A stretch of DNA of 64,000 bases from NCBI GenBank assembly GCA_004431415.1, contig QPMI01000472.1:1-64000 (forward strand), written 5' to 3'. Below are positions 11,830 to 23,395 of this stretch, one piece after another. The position numbers were made by a program, and so were the translations under genes. Origin of the DNA: Cyanophora paradoxa CCMP329 (taxonomy: Eukaryota; Plantae; Glaucophyta). The notes under the pieces were generated by a model. That model had not been told where the DNA came from. It did not search any database and worked only from the letters and a program-made list of their open reading frames with translations. How positions within the stretch are numbered: the first letter of the stretch is position 1; each line of letters begins with the position of its first letter.

Positions 11830-14445
11830 ATGGAGGTCGCCTCAGAGCGGGGGCGCAAGCGAGCGCGAGTCGCCAGCTCCAGCTGCGGATGCGGCCGCGG
11901 CGCCAACCGCGCCGAATTCCGCCTCGATGCGCTCCCCGACGAGCTGCTGGTGCATATCATCCGCGCGATTGGCCTGACAGACGTCCTGATCGTAAGCCGC
12001 CCCACCCGCGGCCGCCCATGCATATGCCAATTTTCCACTGAAAATCGCGATCGATATCCGCGCGCTCGCGCCCGCGTGCGCGCAGTGCCGCCCGCACCAT
12101 GTGTGCCGCCGGCTGCGCGGCGTCCTGCGGACCATCGTCTGGGACGAGCTGGACCTCGCGCCCTCCGAGGCGGAGATCCGGGCGCGCGCGGCGGCGGAAA
12201 CAGCTGCAAGCGACAAGCTTAAGGATCTGGAACCACTGCCGGACCTGCTCAAGCAGTTCAACGCGAGTCACATGCGGCGGCTGAAGCGGGTGCTGGCCTC
12301 GCTGCACCCGGATGCCGGCTTTGCGGCGTGGGGCAGCGCGCGCGCCCTGCGCCTCCGCTTCAGCTTCTACGGCTACGAAGAAGGGTTCGAGGAGGTCTAC
12401 ACGGCGATCGAGATCGCGTCGAGCCTCGCGCTCGCGTCGCCGTCGATCGTCGCGGCGCGCGTCGAGTTCCGCGAGCCGTCGGAGGACGAGCGTCAGCCTT
12501 ACAACAGGTTCTTCGGCTGGGAAGGGTTGCAGCGCGAGGTGCCTCGAATCGATGCACTCCTCGCAGTCCTCAGCGCGCTGCCGAACCTGGCCAGGGTTCG
12601 CCCGGCCCGCGATCTAATTCTAACTCCGCTCTCTCATCCCCAGCTAGCCCGCGCGCGCGCGCGCGCGAGCCCTGATCATGAACGACCCTGCCGTCCCGGC
12701 AGCTCGAGTTTGGCGAGGACATTTATTTGGACATCGGCTTTTTCTCCTGGAGGAACATCGTCGGCAGATCTAAAAGCGATTCGGCGCTCTCCGCCGCCCT
12801 GGCGCCCTTGACCTCGCTCCAGCACCTCAGCGTCCCTTGCGCGGACTGCGCGAGTGACTTCCGGCCGTTCCTCGCGCTCCTCCCCGCGCTCCGCTCGCTG
12901 AGGGCCGCCCTGTCCTTCGGCAAGCTCCCGGGAGCCGCGCCCCTCTTCGCAGGGTCCCGTTTAGAGCGCCTCGAGCTGACTCTCAAGGATGAGGTGCATG
13001 CGTGCACCCGCGCCGGCCTTAAGCTTTAGCTTACTGCGAGCCTTGTCCTTAAGCTTAAGCTTCGACGCCGTACACATTAATATTATAATTGTTCCGAAGT
13101 TCTGATCGATATCGGCTGCTGTCCTTTTTGATTTCTGTGTTGCAGTGCCCTGGCACCGCCGGGGCAGCCATCGGGCTCGCGGGCGCTCTGGAAGCGCTCG
13201 CCGACTGCGCCCGCGCCCCGCAGGTGACCTGATCTGATATTACCTGATCTGATCTGACCTGATCTGATCTGACCTGATCTGAACCGCTCTGACTTCCGAG
13301 TCCGCGCAGATCGTTCGCGTGCTGGAAATTCCCTTCGACGTGACTGGCGCTGCGAATTCGAGCCCCGACGCCGCCGGTCGCTTCTTCGCGGCTCTCGGGC
13401 GGCTCACGGGGCTCGAGAAGCTGTCGCTGACGGTCCGTCGGGTTCGAATCCGGCGGGGTCCTTTTGCGCTCGTTTTCTCTTTTTCAAGGCTTGCTGACCC
13501 CGGGTTCGAATCCGGCCGCAGGTCTCGAAACCCGACACGGCTTTCCTGTGCCATGCCGCGCCCCTCGAGCGGCTCACCGGGCTCAAGGAAGCCCTCCTCA
13601 GGTTCGATTCCCGGCCGGCCCCTTTTCTCCGCATGCGAATTGAACAAATTAAAGCGCTGACCGCTTTTTGCAGCCTCCACGGGATCTCCGCAAGACTCGA
13701 TTCTGAACCCCTAGTCAAAGCGCTGGCCTCGCTTCCGGGTCTAACGGTCGATCTCGAGGTCCGCACCCCCCCCATAATTTCATGCCCCTCGCCCTCCCCC
13801 CCCCCCCCCCCCCCCGCCCGTCCCCCGCCAAATCGAGTCGGCCATCGTATATACGTACCCCCGCGCCTCCGCAGGTCGCGGCGCTCGACTCGGGGGACCT
13901 GGAACACGCGGTCAACGTTGCCGCGCGCCTGCGGCCCAAGCTGCGCCTCTGCACCATCGTGGGGGTACACTGTCTTTTTCCTTCCGCTCCCCCCCCCCTA
14001 CCCCCACACCACCCCCGGCCCTCTCCCCCCTCCTCCTCCTCACAGCCCGCCCCCCTCGCAGGCCGCGGAGATTGCGGGGGTGCGGGCGGTGGCGGCGCTG
14101 CCGCCCTGGCCAGGCCTGACTCTGCGGGCGACTCTGGAGGGGAGCGCGCCTTCGGAGCGCCCCGCGCTCGTGCGGAGCCTCGCCGGCGCCCTGGCGGCCG
14201 CGGGGCGACTGGAGCTTCGTTTCCTGGCCTCGAGCGACACTGACCTGGCATGCCTTCCCCTACTCGCAATCGCGCCCCTCCGCCGCCGCCTGCGCCTCCA
14301 GCTTGAGATCGATGAGCTCGACGACTACCAGGAGGCTAACATGGAAAACGAGCGCCTCACCCGGACGGCGCGCGCCATGCTCCGCGGCTTCCTCCCGGCG
14401 TCGGACTGGAGCGTCATGATTAGGGCGCGCACCACTTCGAGCTGA
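11830..14445 (+). CDS. Spliced host F-box/LRR-like gene
   Basis: ATG 11830, F-box LDALPDELLVHIIRAIG, GT-AG intron at about 11992-12085, then CRRLRGVLRTIVWDELDL; LRR-like LTSLQHLSV, LPALRSLRA, LTGLEKLSL; stop 14445. Confidence 0.6.
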
Positions 14446-14499
14446 GTGTGCGTATATATGACAGTGACGGTCAAATTCATGTCGTTATAATTGCCTTCT

Positions 14500-14730
14500 G
14501 ACTTTATAGCTCGACCTCCGTCTCGGATTTCCTCGTCTGTCGTCTCTTCTCGGACTCTAGATCTCTTTCTCTGCTGTCGATTCTGGCTCTTTCTCTTATT
14601 GCTTTTAGTGCTCTTACCTTAGTTTTCTTGCTTTAGTCGTACTTTTTGCTATATATACCCCCTGGGCAGCCCCCGCAGTGCTGGTGTTTAGAGGCTGTCA
14701 CACAGTGTGGCCGGTAATTCACCAAGAAAA
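14500..14730 (+). repeat. Dispersed host repeat, second copy
   Basis: CCCTGGGCAGCCCCCGCAGTGCTGGTG...GGCCGGTAATTCACCAA matches the reverse complement of 8728-8790. Confidence 0.55.
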
Positions 14731-15829
14731 CATGTACATAAAATTATAAACCCCGGACCTTCTCTATGGGAAATATGACGTCCCCAAATTACAGTATGTC
14801 TATGTCGTTATGTCTGGCCATGGAGATCTAGAGTCATTGGCCATGGAGACGACATAAAGAGTAACGTACAGACCGTAATATTCTGTATTATGGCCCGGCC
14901 GCAATTCTCGCGCCGGGGGTGCAAGGGGGGAACCGGGATCTAATGAAAGAGTCGTAGTCACTGAGTGGCACGCACATGCGTGCGGCAGATCTAGATCGAC
15001 CCCGGCCCAGTGCGCGCGGGAGGTTGAAGTGTAAAGATAAACACAGATTAAGATTGAAAAAAAAGGCCCATTAAGCAGACGCCATACATGTCCAACCGAA
15101 CTTCTAGCGGAGCACAGCAAACGATTGGCGCGAAACTGAGCACGTCTGAAGTGCAGTTTAGAGCAATCTAGAGCAGGGAGATTTTGGGTTTCGCGCCAAT
15201 GTCTCGCCGTGCAGAAGTTGGCCTCGGGGGTCGCTGCGCCCCGGCCCCCTCTTCAGCCCAAGGCAGCTCAAGGCCCGCCCAGGCCCCCCCGCTCCCCCCA
15301 ACTGCCCTTCCCGGGACTCGAACGCTGGAGCAATAAGACGCCGGCCGGGCGCGCTGCTAGCTCGGCTCGCCGCGAAACTGGCCTTTTCCTCGTCGCTTTT
15401 TCGCGGGTCCGTTTTCGCACGATCACTTTTCGCGGCTTCACTAGATCTCGAGCTCTCCACATCTCGAGCTCCTATATATATGATGTGCCTCTCCCCTGAC
15501 TCGATCCTCTCATTCTTTCTCAATCTCCTACAGCTAGCTCCACTGAGCCTTTAGTTTCGAATTCTTCGCATATATATTGGATATGCACGCGATTTATGCA
15601 TTCCACACCAGCCAAGGGCGTCGTAGCGCACAGAATTTACATGGGCTGGGGACAGAGACGGACTGCTTGCAGTCGGACATGGGCAGCGATCGGCATATAT
15701 ACATACAGGGAGAGCAAGTCCAGCGCCTGAATTTACTTGGCGCCGGGGGGACCTGCGCATGTACGTGTACCGTCACTTGAAAAGCTCGCAAAATAAATGA
15801 ATTCCGAATTCGGATCGATGGCGCCGGCG

Positions 15830-17175
15830 GCACCGGTCAGCTGGAGCTGGGTGAGGTCGAGAATCGTCTGCCCGAAGAGCTGGAGGCGCAGCTGCGGCGC
15901 TGCCGGAGAAATTGAGCTATGCAAGCAGCGTCGGGGCCCGACGCCGGCGGGCCGGCGGGCCGGGCCGGGCCGACGCTGCGCACTGAATTGGATGACATTG
16001 GAGGGATTCTCCGGCGGGAAGGACTGGGGGATGGTCGCCGTGAACTGATCACGAGGAAAGAGTCAGATTAAATTCGAAAGCTTCAGAGCTTCAGCTCTTC
16101 AGAGAGAAGAGCTCTTGATGTGTCTAGAGACTGTCACAATGGCCGTTAATTTACCAAAACCCAATTCAGAGAGAACTATGCTCATTAGAGAAATTGAAAA
16201 CTAGCTACATGGAAATCTTTCACGACTCACGCCGAGGTCCAGCAGGAGGCCAACGAGCGCTTCGCGGAGGCATTGCGGCGGCTGCGAGATTAAACCGGAA
16301 TTTAAGCAATATACCGTGGGGCGCGCGGGCCGGCGGATCGAGGCGCCGCGCACGGCGGAGGCTCCGAGGAGGCGGCGGGCGGGGGCGGGGACGCCGCCCG
16401 GGGGGCAGACTTCGACGGCCAGCAGCTCCAGGTTCAGGTGAATGAGGTCGGCGGAGACGGTCGTCAGGTCCACCGCGCTCTCCGGGACCGGCCTGCGCAT
16501 GCGCTCGCGCGCGCGCGCCTCGCTCGTGACTAGATCGATTTCGGGCAGAATGTCGCCACGCACAGTCCGAGGGCGTCGCTGAATCTCTGAGCTGCGCGTG
16601 CGAGTCGGAATCGCGATCTCGAAGCTTGCGAAAATGAATTATTCCTCACCCACGAGCGCGTCGGTGATTTGCGTCGTGTCCAGAGGCGAGCCATCCAAGT
16701 TGGTAATATCGCCAGAGAACGTCGCGGTCCGGATCGCTGCGCAAGCCCCCGCGTCTCAGCGACCGGGAAATGACAGCAAAAAAGAAATTCGAGGACGGGA
16801 GAAAGGCAAGCAAGGGAGATTCCGCACGCTGGCCGCCCTGTGCGCCGTGGAGCCTCCGGGAGCCGGCGCGGAGGGTCTGGGCGATCTTCTCAGTCACAGA
16901 GACACCATCTGCGATCAAGAGAAACATCAGCAATGCCCAAAACACTGAAAATCGGATTTTCGCGGGAATCGTGCGCCACGCGCTCGGGCGGCGCCGGTGC
17001 TCTCTAGCCCTTCCGCGGATCGCTTTGACTGGATGGGAAGAGCCTCGCGCAGCCCGGCAGAAGCGCGCCTGCATGTGCGCGCGAGCACGCTCATCGACGC
17101 ACCTTGTTCGAGGGCCGCCGCCGCCCCCAGCAGAAGGACGGCGACGAAGAGGCAGCGACTGAGGCTCGAGTTCAT
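15830..17175 (-). CDS. Possible spliced host gene for a secreted or membrane protein
   Basis: Signal-peptide-like MNSSLSRCLFVAVLLLGAAAA, hydrophobic FSVFWALLMFLLIA and further exon-like segments. Confidence 0.3.
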
Positions 17176-18125
17176 GACTGCGCGGCGCGCGCTGATCGAG
17201 CTGGGCCTGGAGCGCTCGAGATGCTACTAGGCTAGCTACTAGTACCCTGGGCCAGCTAACGTATACCTTTATAGCTTTCTACCTACTGTTCTCCCCTCTA
17301 TACGTATATACCGGGAAGACTTGGGGCCCCAGGCTTCTAGCGGAAATCTAGAGGAGACGTACAGCTATGGAGAACTGGTTGCATGCATATGCATATGCAA
17401 AACCACACAAGGTATTAAAATTGTGCGGCGTACGCGGCGCAGTGCGAGGAAGCCGAAATTTAATGAAGAGGAGACATATGCATGTACATGTACAGCTAGC
17501 TAGGGAGAAGTGCATGGTTCCATGCAGAACCGCGCATGCGCAAGGGATCCGGAGAGCCCGGAGCGCGAAGGAGTTGGTTTTCCCCTCGAAAACCACTTTC
17601 CCCCCTCGACTTTGACGCTCGAAAGTCGAAAGCTGACCGGTCCACCGAGCAAATCAGAACGCGAATAACCCGTCATTTTTTTCCGGTGTTGCAGACTGGC
17701 CCGGCCCTCGAAAACGGCCTCTTAGAAAAATTTTGGCTGAAGCGAGGGAACGGGAAGCAAGGGGGGAAGACCTTCGGTCTTCTTTCCCCCCTTGCAACTA
17801 CGGTATTACGGTAGTAGGCTCACTAGGCTGCCAGGCTGGTACGTCCTGGAGCCCTGGCCTCGAGCTCTGGGCTCGGGCCCGTGCAGCTGGCAAGGGATAT
17901 ATATGTCTCGATCAAATTGTACACGGCAGGAGACGTTTGGGCTACTTCTGCCTTCCATTGGGCGCTGCCGCCGCTGCCTCGGGCGGCTTCCGCACGGGCG
18001 GCGGCAGCGAGTACGCCGCGTCCACACGCCTCCTCTCCGCCGCCGTCTGCGCATGCCACGCCCCATGAGTCCGCACGCGCTCCGAACGCCCCCGCCGGAT
18101 TCGAACCTTCTCCTCGAGGATGGCC

Positions 18126-19070
18126 CTACGGATCCGGCGGGCCTCCAGGGGGGAAAGCGGGCACTCCTTCGGCCTCTGCAGCTTGCTCCGCGCCTGCGGG
18201 TCTCCCGCGTGACTCACGCGACCGCCGGGGGGGGGGAGTCCTCGCCTTCTTAAGCTTCGCCTCCGCCTCCGCCTCCGCCACGTCGGCCTCGCCCGAGGGG
18301 CTCTGGGCCCCCCGGGCCCCGCGGCTCGGCGCCGCCCTCCCCGTACGCGTGTTCAGCTGCCGCCGGGTGAGACCCGCGGGGGCCGGGGCGCCTCCGGATC
18401 TGGGGTACAGGAAGGGGCAGGCACCTCGCCGTCGCGTACGTCGCCGCGCGCGGCGGGGTACGAGGCCGAGGGCGACCCGCGCCTGGTGCTGCTCGTCCAG
18501 GAACTCCATAATCCTACCCCCCCGGGCGCCCCTCTTAAGAGGACGTGCCTCTGGCGGCCCCGCCCCGCCCCGCCGCGCGCACTTTCGGATGGCCTCCACA
18601 GTCCCCGGGCCCACCGGCGGTTCCGCCTCGGGCGCTTCGAACTGCGCGAATTTCAAATCTCAGCGAAACGCGTGGGGCTGTACCCCCCGTACCTTGGCGA
18701 GGCCACAGCGGCAGATGACCTCGTCGAACTCCTACCGGTTCATCTGCGCCGCGGGCCGGCCGGCTCGAGGGGGGTACGCGAGAGAGGACGGGGGGTACGG
18801 CGCGCCTCCTCGAGGGCGTCGGAGATCTCGTCCTTGAGGACGTCCGGCTGCGAGAGAGGAAGCTTAAGGGTGGGAGGGTGAGCCGCAGCGGGGTACGCCG
18901 AAGACGGGGGGCATGGGCATGGGCATATGCATGGGCAGGGGCATGGGCCGGGGCATGGGGCTAAGGGTACGGGCAGGGCGGGGGGCGGGGCGGGCCTGCT
19001 CCTGCATGGCGGCGTCGGCGGCGGGGTCGTTCTGCGCCATCAGGAACGCCGCCTGCATCTAGATCTGCGG
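18126..19070 (-). CDS. Possible spliced host gene of unknown function
   Basis: Protein-like segments QAAFLMAQNDPAADAAMQEQ, KFAQFEAPEAEPP and RIMEFLDEQHQAR between intron-like tracts. Confidence 0.3.
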
Positions 19071-20108
19071 GCCCCGGGCGTGATCGATATCGTGCATGAG
19101 CTGAAGCTTAAGGAGGGGGAGGAGGGAGGAGGGCGCGGGCGGGCCTCCTTGACGGTCAGCCGGTTGTCCAGCGCCCCGTAAAAAGTTTTTCAAAAAGTTT
19201 TTGAATTTGAAAAATTTTTGGGGGTGTCTAGAGATCTTGGCCCTCAGGGCCTTGGGCCTGCAAAAATTTTTGGAACCCTGCGTCACAAGCTGCGTGCCGG
19301 GCGGCAGTCGCCCGACTTCCGAAGTTCCGGTTCGGGCGAGCCCTTCATTGCACCTGGCCGGGTGCGGCCCCGGGCCCCCGACGCCGCCCCGTGCGGCACG
19401 GTGCGGCCAGGGGTCGAAAGTTACTCGAAATTAAACTCAATCGCAGTTCAACGGTTAGAACCTGAGAACTTACTAAGTTAGAAGCCTTTTGACTCAGTGA
19501 CGGGCACTCATAATCACCCCTACTAACTTGTTTTAGTTTAGTAAGTATTAATATTTGGAAGAAATTGGAACCTGACTCACTGAGTCAGGCTGAGCTTGCA
19601 AAATTCGACGTCCGATCGGCGAGCCTCGGAGCCGCTGTCACCCGCTGATCATCATCAGATCATGCATGCGCATATGAGCGCTAGCGTGGTCGAGCTCAGT
19701 GACTGGGCCCGCAGACTCTGAGACTAGCTGCCAGTACTACGGTAGGCTGGGCGGCCTGGGCCGCAGTGCTGAGTCACTGCTGACGCACTGATTGCAATTG
19801 AGAGCGAGCCTGTGGAGATCGCGGATCGGTATCTGAACCGTCAAGTCATACTGCTAGCATGTCACGATTCATGTGCAGCGATATCGATGTGCTATGCATA
19901 TGCATGCAAACGTACGCGTGCAGCGGCACTGCGGCACTGCAGTCTGCAGCCTGCCAAGGCTGCCGCCGCTGCCGGGCAGCCTGGCAGTGCCGGCCGGGCG
20001 GCCCGGGCCTGCCCAGCGGCGGGCCAGCGCTAGCAGCCCAGCCTGGTCCAGGTGTCACAGTGTCTACCGGTACCGTGTACGGCGTGCAGTCGGCGTGTAC
20101 ACGTACTA

Positions 20109-20379
20109 CGGTAACAGAATATTAGTTCACGCATAATATTAGTTCGGTACCAAATTAGTGCGTTTTTTGCCGTGAAAACGCACTAATTTGAGACCGCACT
20201 AATATACAAGCTAGGATGCTAAGAAAATGCCGTAGGGGTACGGTGTGTACCCCTCGCCCCATACTATGATAGACTGGAAACGAAAAAACGCACTAATTTG
20301 AGACCGAACTAATTACTATGGTCGTGGTCGGGGTCTAAAAACGAACTAATATCGTGCGAATTAATATTGTGTTACACGG
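20109..20379. mobile_element. MITE-like element, Tc1/mariner-type ends
   Basis: AT-rich island of about 270 bp with imperfect ~40-bp TIRs, TA on both sides (20107-20108, 20380-20381) and internal AAAACGCACTAATTTGAGACCG repeats. Confidence 0.55.
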
Positions 20380-21957
20380 TAGAGACTGCAGCCGTCAGTG
20401 TGGCCGCCGCTGGCCGGTAATTATAAATTGCGGTAATTCACCAAAAAAACAAAAATTCGACGTCGACGTCGATCCGAGATCGCGAGACTCCGAGTAGCTT
20501 CGTGGAACACGGTCCCGGCGCTTGTACCCCCGGCGCTTGTTGCTCAGTTGCTGCAGGGAGCAGCGCGGGGTCGTCGACTCCAGTGAGCAGCTGCAGCGCG
20601 GGTCGGACCACCAGCATCACCAGACTCGCCAGCAGCACCGCCTCGTGTCGCAGTGCACGCCACGCGCCACCGCACAGCTCCGACGTAGACCCACGCCAGC
20701 GGTACCGCCGCGCCTCAGCAACTTGGCAGCTTGTCGGCCTGCGTCTTTAGCTAAAGCGGAGTGCGTGGCCACATCCGGCCTGGACACGAGAGCCGAGTCC
20801 GACGTCGACCGCGGCCGCGGGCCCGGGCCGGCGCCATCCCATCCGCGGCCGATCCGCGCGCGCGGCCGCGTCCGGTTGCAGTTGCGGCGAGTCAGCTCTT
20901 CTTCCTCCCGCGCTCCTACGGCCCCAGCGCGACGCCCGGGCCCGGCGCCGCGCGGCATGCATATGCGCACGCTTGCGTGAGCCGCGCATGCCGCAGTACG
21001 TAGTACTAGTGCACCAAGAACAACATTGATCAGCTGCAACGTTAACTGCATTGGTTGGTGCGCTCTGCCTCCTATAGGCTATAGCTAGTGCCCTCCCAGT
21101 GCCTCCTGGCCATGGCCCGCGCGCGCCAACCCAATTGCAGTAGATCTAGACGTAAGAGCGACGCGTGGAGCGCGGGCGCCGGCGCGCGCGCTGCCGCCAT
21201 CGACTGCGGTCGCGCTCCTTTGGAGCGCCCAGCGGCAACGCAGGGGCGCGCTTCTGTCCTCCCGCAGCTGAAGTCTCTTTGGATGCATGTGCATCCGCAG
21301 CTGGGGCGTCAAGACTGATTGCGTTCTAGATCTGTCCCGGAATCCCGCAGCCATGTGCAGGCGCAGCTGCAGCTGGGGCGCTGGATCTGAGGCCAGCTGC
21401 GGCTTCGGATCGCTCTGCGGGCGTCGGCGGATCCTCTTGACTCTGGACCTCCGCCGAAGGCTGCAGTCCTCGCAGTTGATCGCATGCCTCGCCGCCGCGG
21501 TCTTCGTCGCCCTCGCCGGCGTGTCGGAGGCTGCCAACAACGGTGCGCGCTGCCGCTGAATTCTCGTCCGATCGCGATCGCTCGAGGCTCACCGAAGCCA
21601 GCCTGGCAGGTTTCGCGATAAGCATGGCGGACGGCGCCAAGGAGATTCTCTTTGCGGTGCGCCCGAACAGAAAGAACAGAAAGAGCGCTGGTCCACATGT
21701 ACAGCTGACGAGGCCGCACGCAGACGCCTCTTGCAGGGCAGCACATGATGGACCGGGAGCCATCGCGGCGACTGGGCGTCCTTGCCCGCTCTTTTAGTGG
21801 CGTGATCATCTACTGCGACTGGGATTTGGTGCGGACCTCTTTCACAGCATCGGGCTTGCCGTCGGATTTGATTGACTCGAAAAACAGGACGAGAACCGAT
21901 GCGGCTTCACGAGGGAGTTCACGTCGGTGCGCGCGGTTCCTGACGCGACTCGTTCCT

Positions 21958-22053
21958 ACACATATTGAAAAACGAATTTAAATCCCTTCGTTCATCTCGA
22001 TCGCTTCGCGATCTCGATTCACTCTGGATTTAAATTCGTTTTTCAATATGTGT
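21958..22053. repeat. Terminal hairpin, left end of element B
   Basis: Perfect 28-bp arms 21958-21985 and 22026-22053 around a 40-nt cap containing GATCGC-TTC-GCGATC. Confidence 0.95.
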
Positions 22054-22103
22054 TAATTTAATACTAAAATACATATTTATCGATTAATTTCTTTAACTTT
22101 TTA

Positions 22104-22180
22104 TGCAAACTTTGTATAAAATAATGCAAACTTTGTATAAAATAATGCAAACTTTGTATAAAGTAATGCAAACTTTGTAT
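22104..22180. repeat. 21-bp tandem repeat ATGCAAACTTTGTATAAAATA, about 4 copies
   Basis: Read directly in the sequence. Confidence 0.85.
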
Positions 22181-22415
22181 TAAAAATGATAAACGCGTTT
22201 AATTTAATGCATATTCACGATTGATTCAATCGATATTATATCGATATAATATGTTCTTTGTCGATTACATATATAACTTCGATTGATTAACATTAAACTA
22301 CTTAAAGAACGATATAATCGCGATTAATTCGCATAAATTCGCATAAATTCGCATAAACTCGATATATCTCTTTGGTATTGAAGTAGACCACCGCCCATTC
22401 TGTATCGAAAAACGC

Positions 22416-22735
22416 AAAAAGTGTCACAGAGTTGCATTATGTCCAATTAAACAATCGATGGGATTGCGGATGTACATTTTTGCACCCAAAAAGTGTCACA
22501 GAGTTGCATTATCTCCAATTAAACAATCGATTAGATTGCGGGATTTTCTATTGGAATATATCGGTACTGCATTATGTCCAATTAAACAATCGATGAGATT
22601 GCTGATGTACATTTTTGCATTGAAAAAGTGTCACAGAGTTGCATGGTCTCCAATTAAACAATTGAGAAGATTGGGGATGGGCATTTTCTCTTCGAAAAAT
22701 TGTCACAGAGTTGCATGGTCTCCGATCGATCAATC
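22416..22735. repeat. Degenerate ~72-bp tandem repeat, about 5 copies
   Basis: Core TGTCACAGAGTTGCAT...TCCAATTAAACAATCGA recurring at 72/63/72/72-bp spacing. Confidence 0.8.
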
Positions 22736-22739
22736 GAAG

Positions 22740-22947
22740 TAGGCATCTTTGGTAGGCGGTTTAGGCGGTTAGGCACTTCTTAATCGAGAATTAAAAAGAA
22801 GTCCCAAATACATCAACTTGTGTTTTTCAAAACGTTGATTTTAGTTTTTATAGAGAATTTCCAGAAAAGGTGCCTAAGTGCCTAACGTCAATTAAAAGTG
22901 CCTAACTTCAATTAAAAAGTGCCTACTTCGATTTTTAAAGTGCCTAC
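22740..22947. promoter_or_regulatory. Putative replication origin, element B subterminal copy (TAGGC iterons / AT-rich / GTGCCTA iterons)
   Basis: Close reverse-complement match to 58849-59042. Confidence 0.6.
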
Positions 22948-23139
22948 TACACCATTTTCAGTAAGCCCATCTGAAATTCTGAATTTCTCAGTGTCAACTA
23001 ACTCGGAAATCGCAATACTCTATGTTTCTCCGATTTCTCCAACCCTGAAAACACACCTGTTATTCTCTCATCTATCTCATGAGATACTCTCGTTTCGCCA
23101 AAAATTGACAAACGATTTCCCATCATGCTGTAAAGGAAA

Positions 23140-23395
23140 CATGCCGATTAACCAGCAATATCACAATTTCCATGGGACTTACATCTTGATTGTCAAGAAA
23201 CTCCCAGAGCATTATGAGATCTTCCAAGAGATGGGATTGCGAATTACAAGGAGATCAACCCTTTGTAGATTCTTGAAAAAGAATGGTGCTAAATGGGATA
23301 AGACAATTCGCAAATGGTATACAGAAGATCCCAAGAGTCCCCTTCTGGATGTTTTCGAAACAGTGAATTTGGATCGGTTTAATCATTACCAATAG
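23140..23395 (+). CDS. Small protein with DUF5710-like C-terminus
   Basis: KKNGAKWDKTIRKWY motif in ORF 22919-23395, whose 5' part overlaps iterons; start uncertain. Confidence 0.45.

Noticed and set aside
13229-13281. GATCT pentamer repeats
   Set aside because: Simple intronic microsatellite-like tract
8728-14725. Inverted repeats as TIRs of a 6-kb transposon carrying F-box genes
   Set aside because: The same motif recurs singly at 16120 and 20381, and no transposase or TSD is seen; better explained as dispersed copies in opposite orientation
7600-21981. Many long Arg/Gly/Pro/Ala-rich ORFs in the ORF track
   Set aside because: Shadow ORFs caused by stop-codon scarcity in GC-rich, intron-containing DNA
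22416-22735. CRISPR-like repeat/spacer array
   Set aside because: The apparent spacers are homologous to each other, the repeats are degenerate and there are no cas genes; it is a tandem repeat
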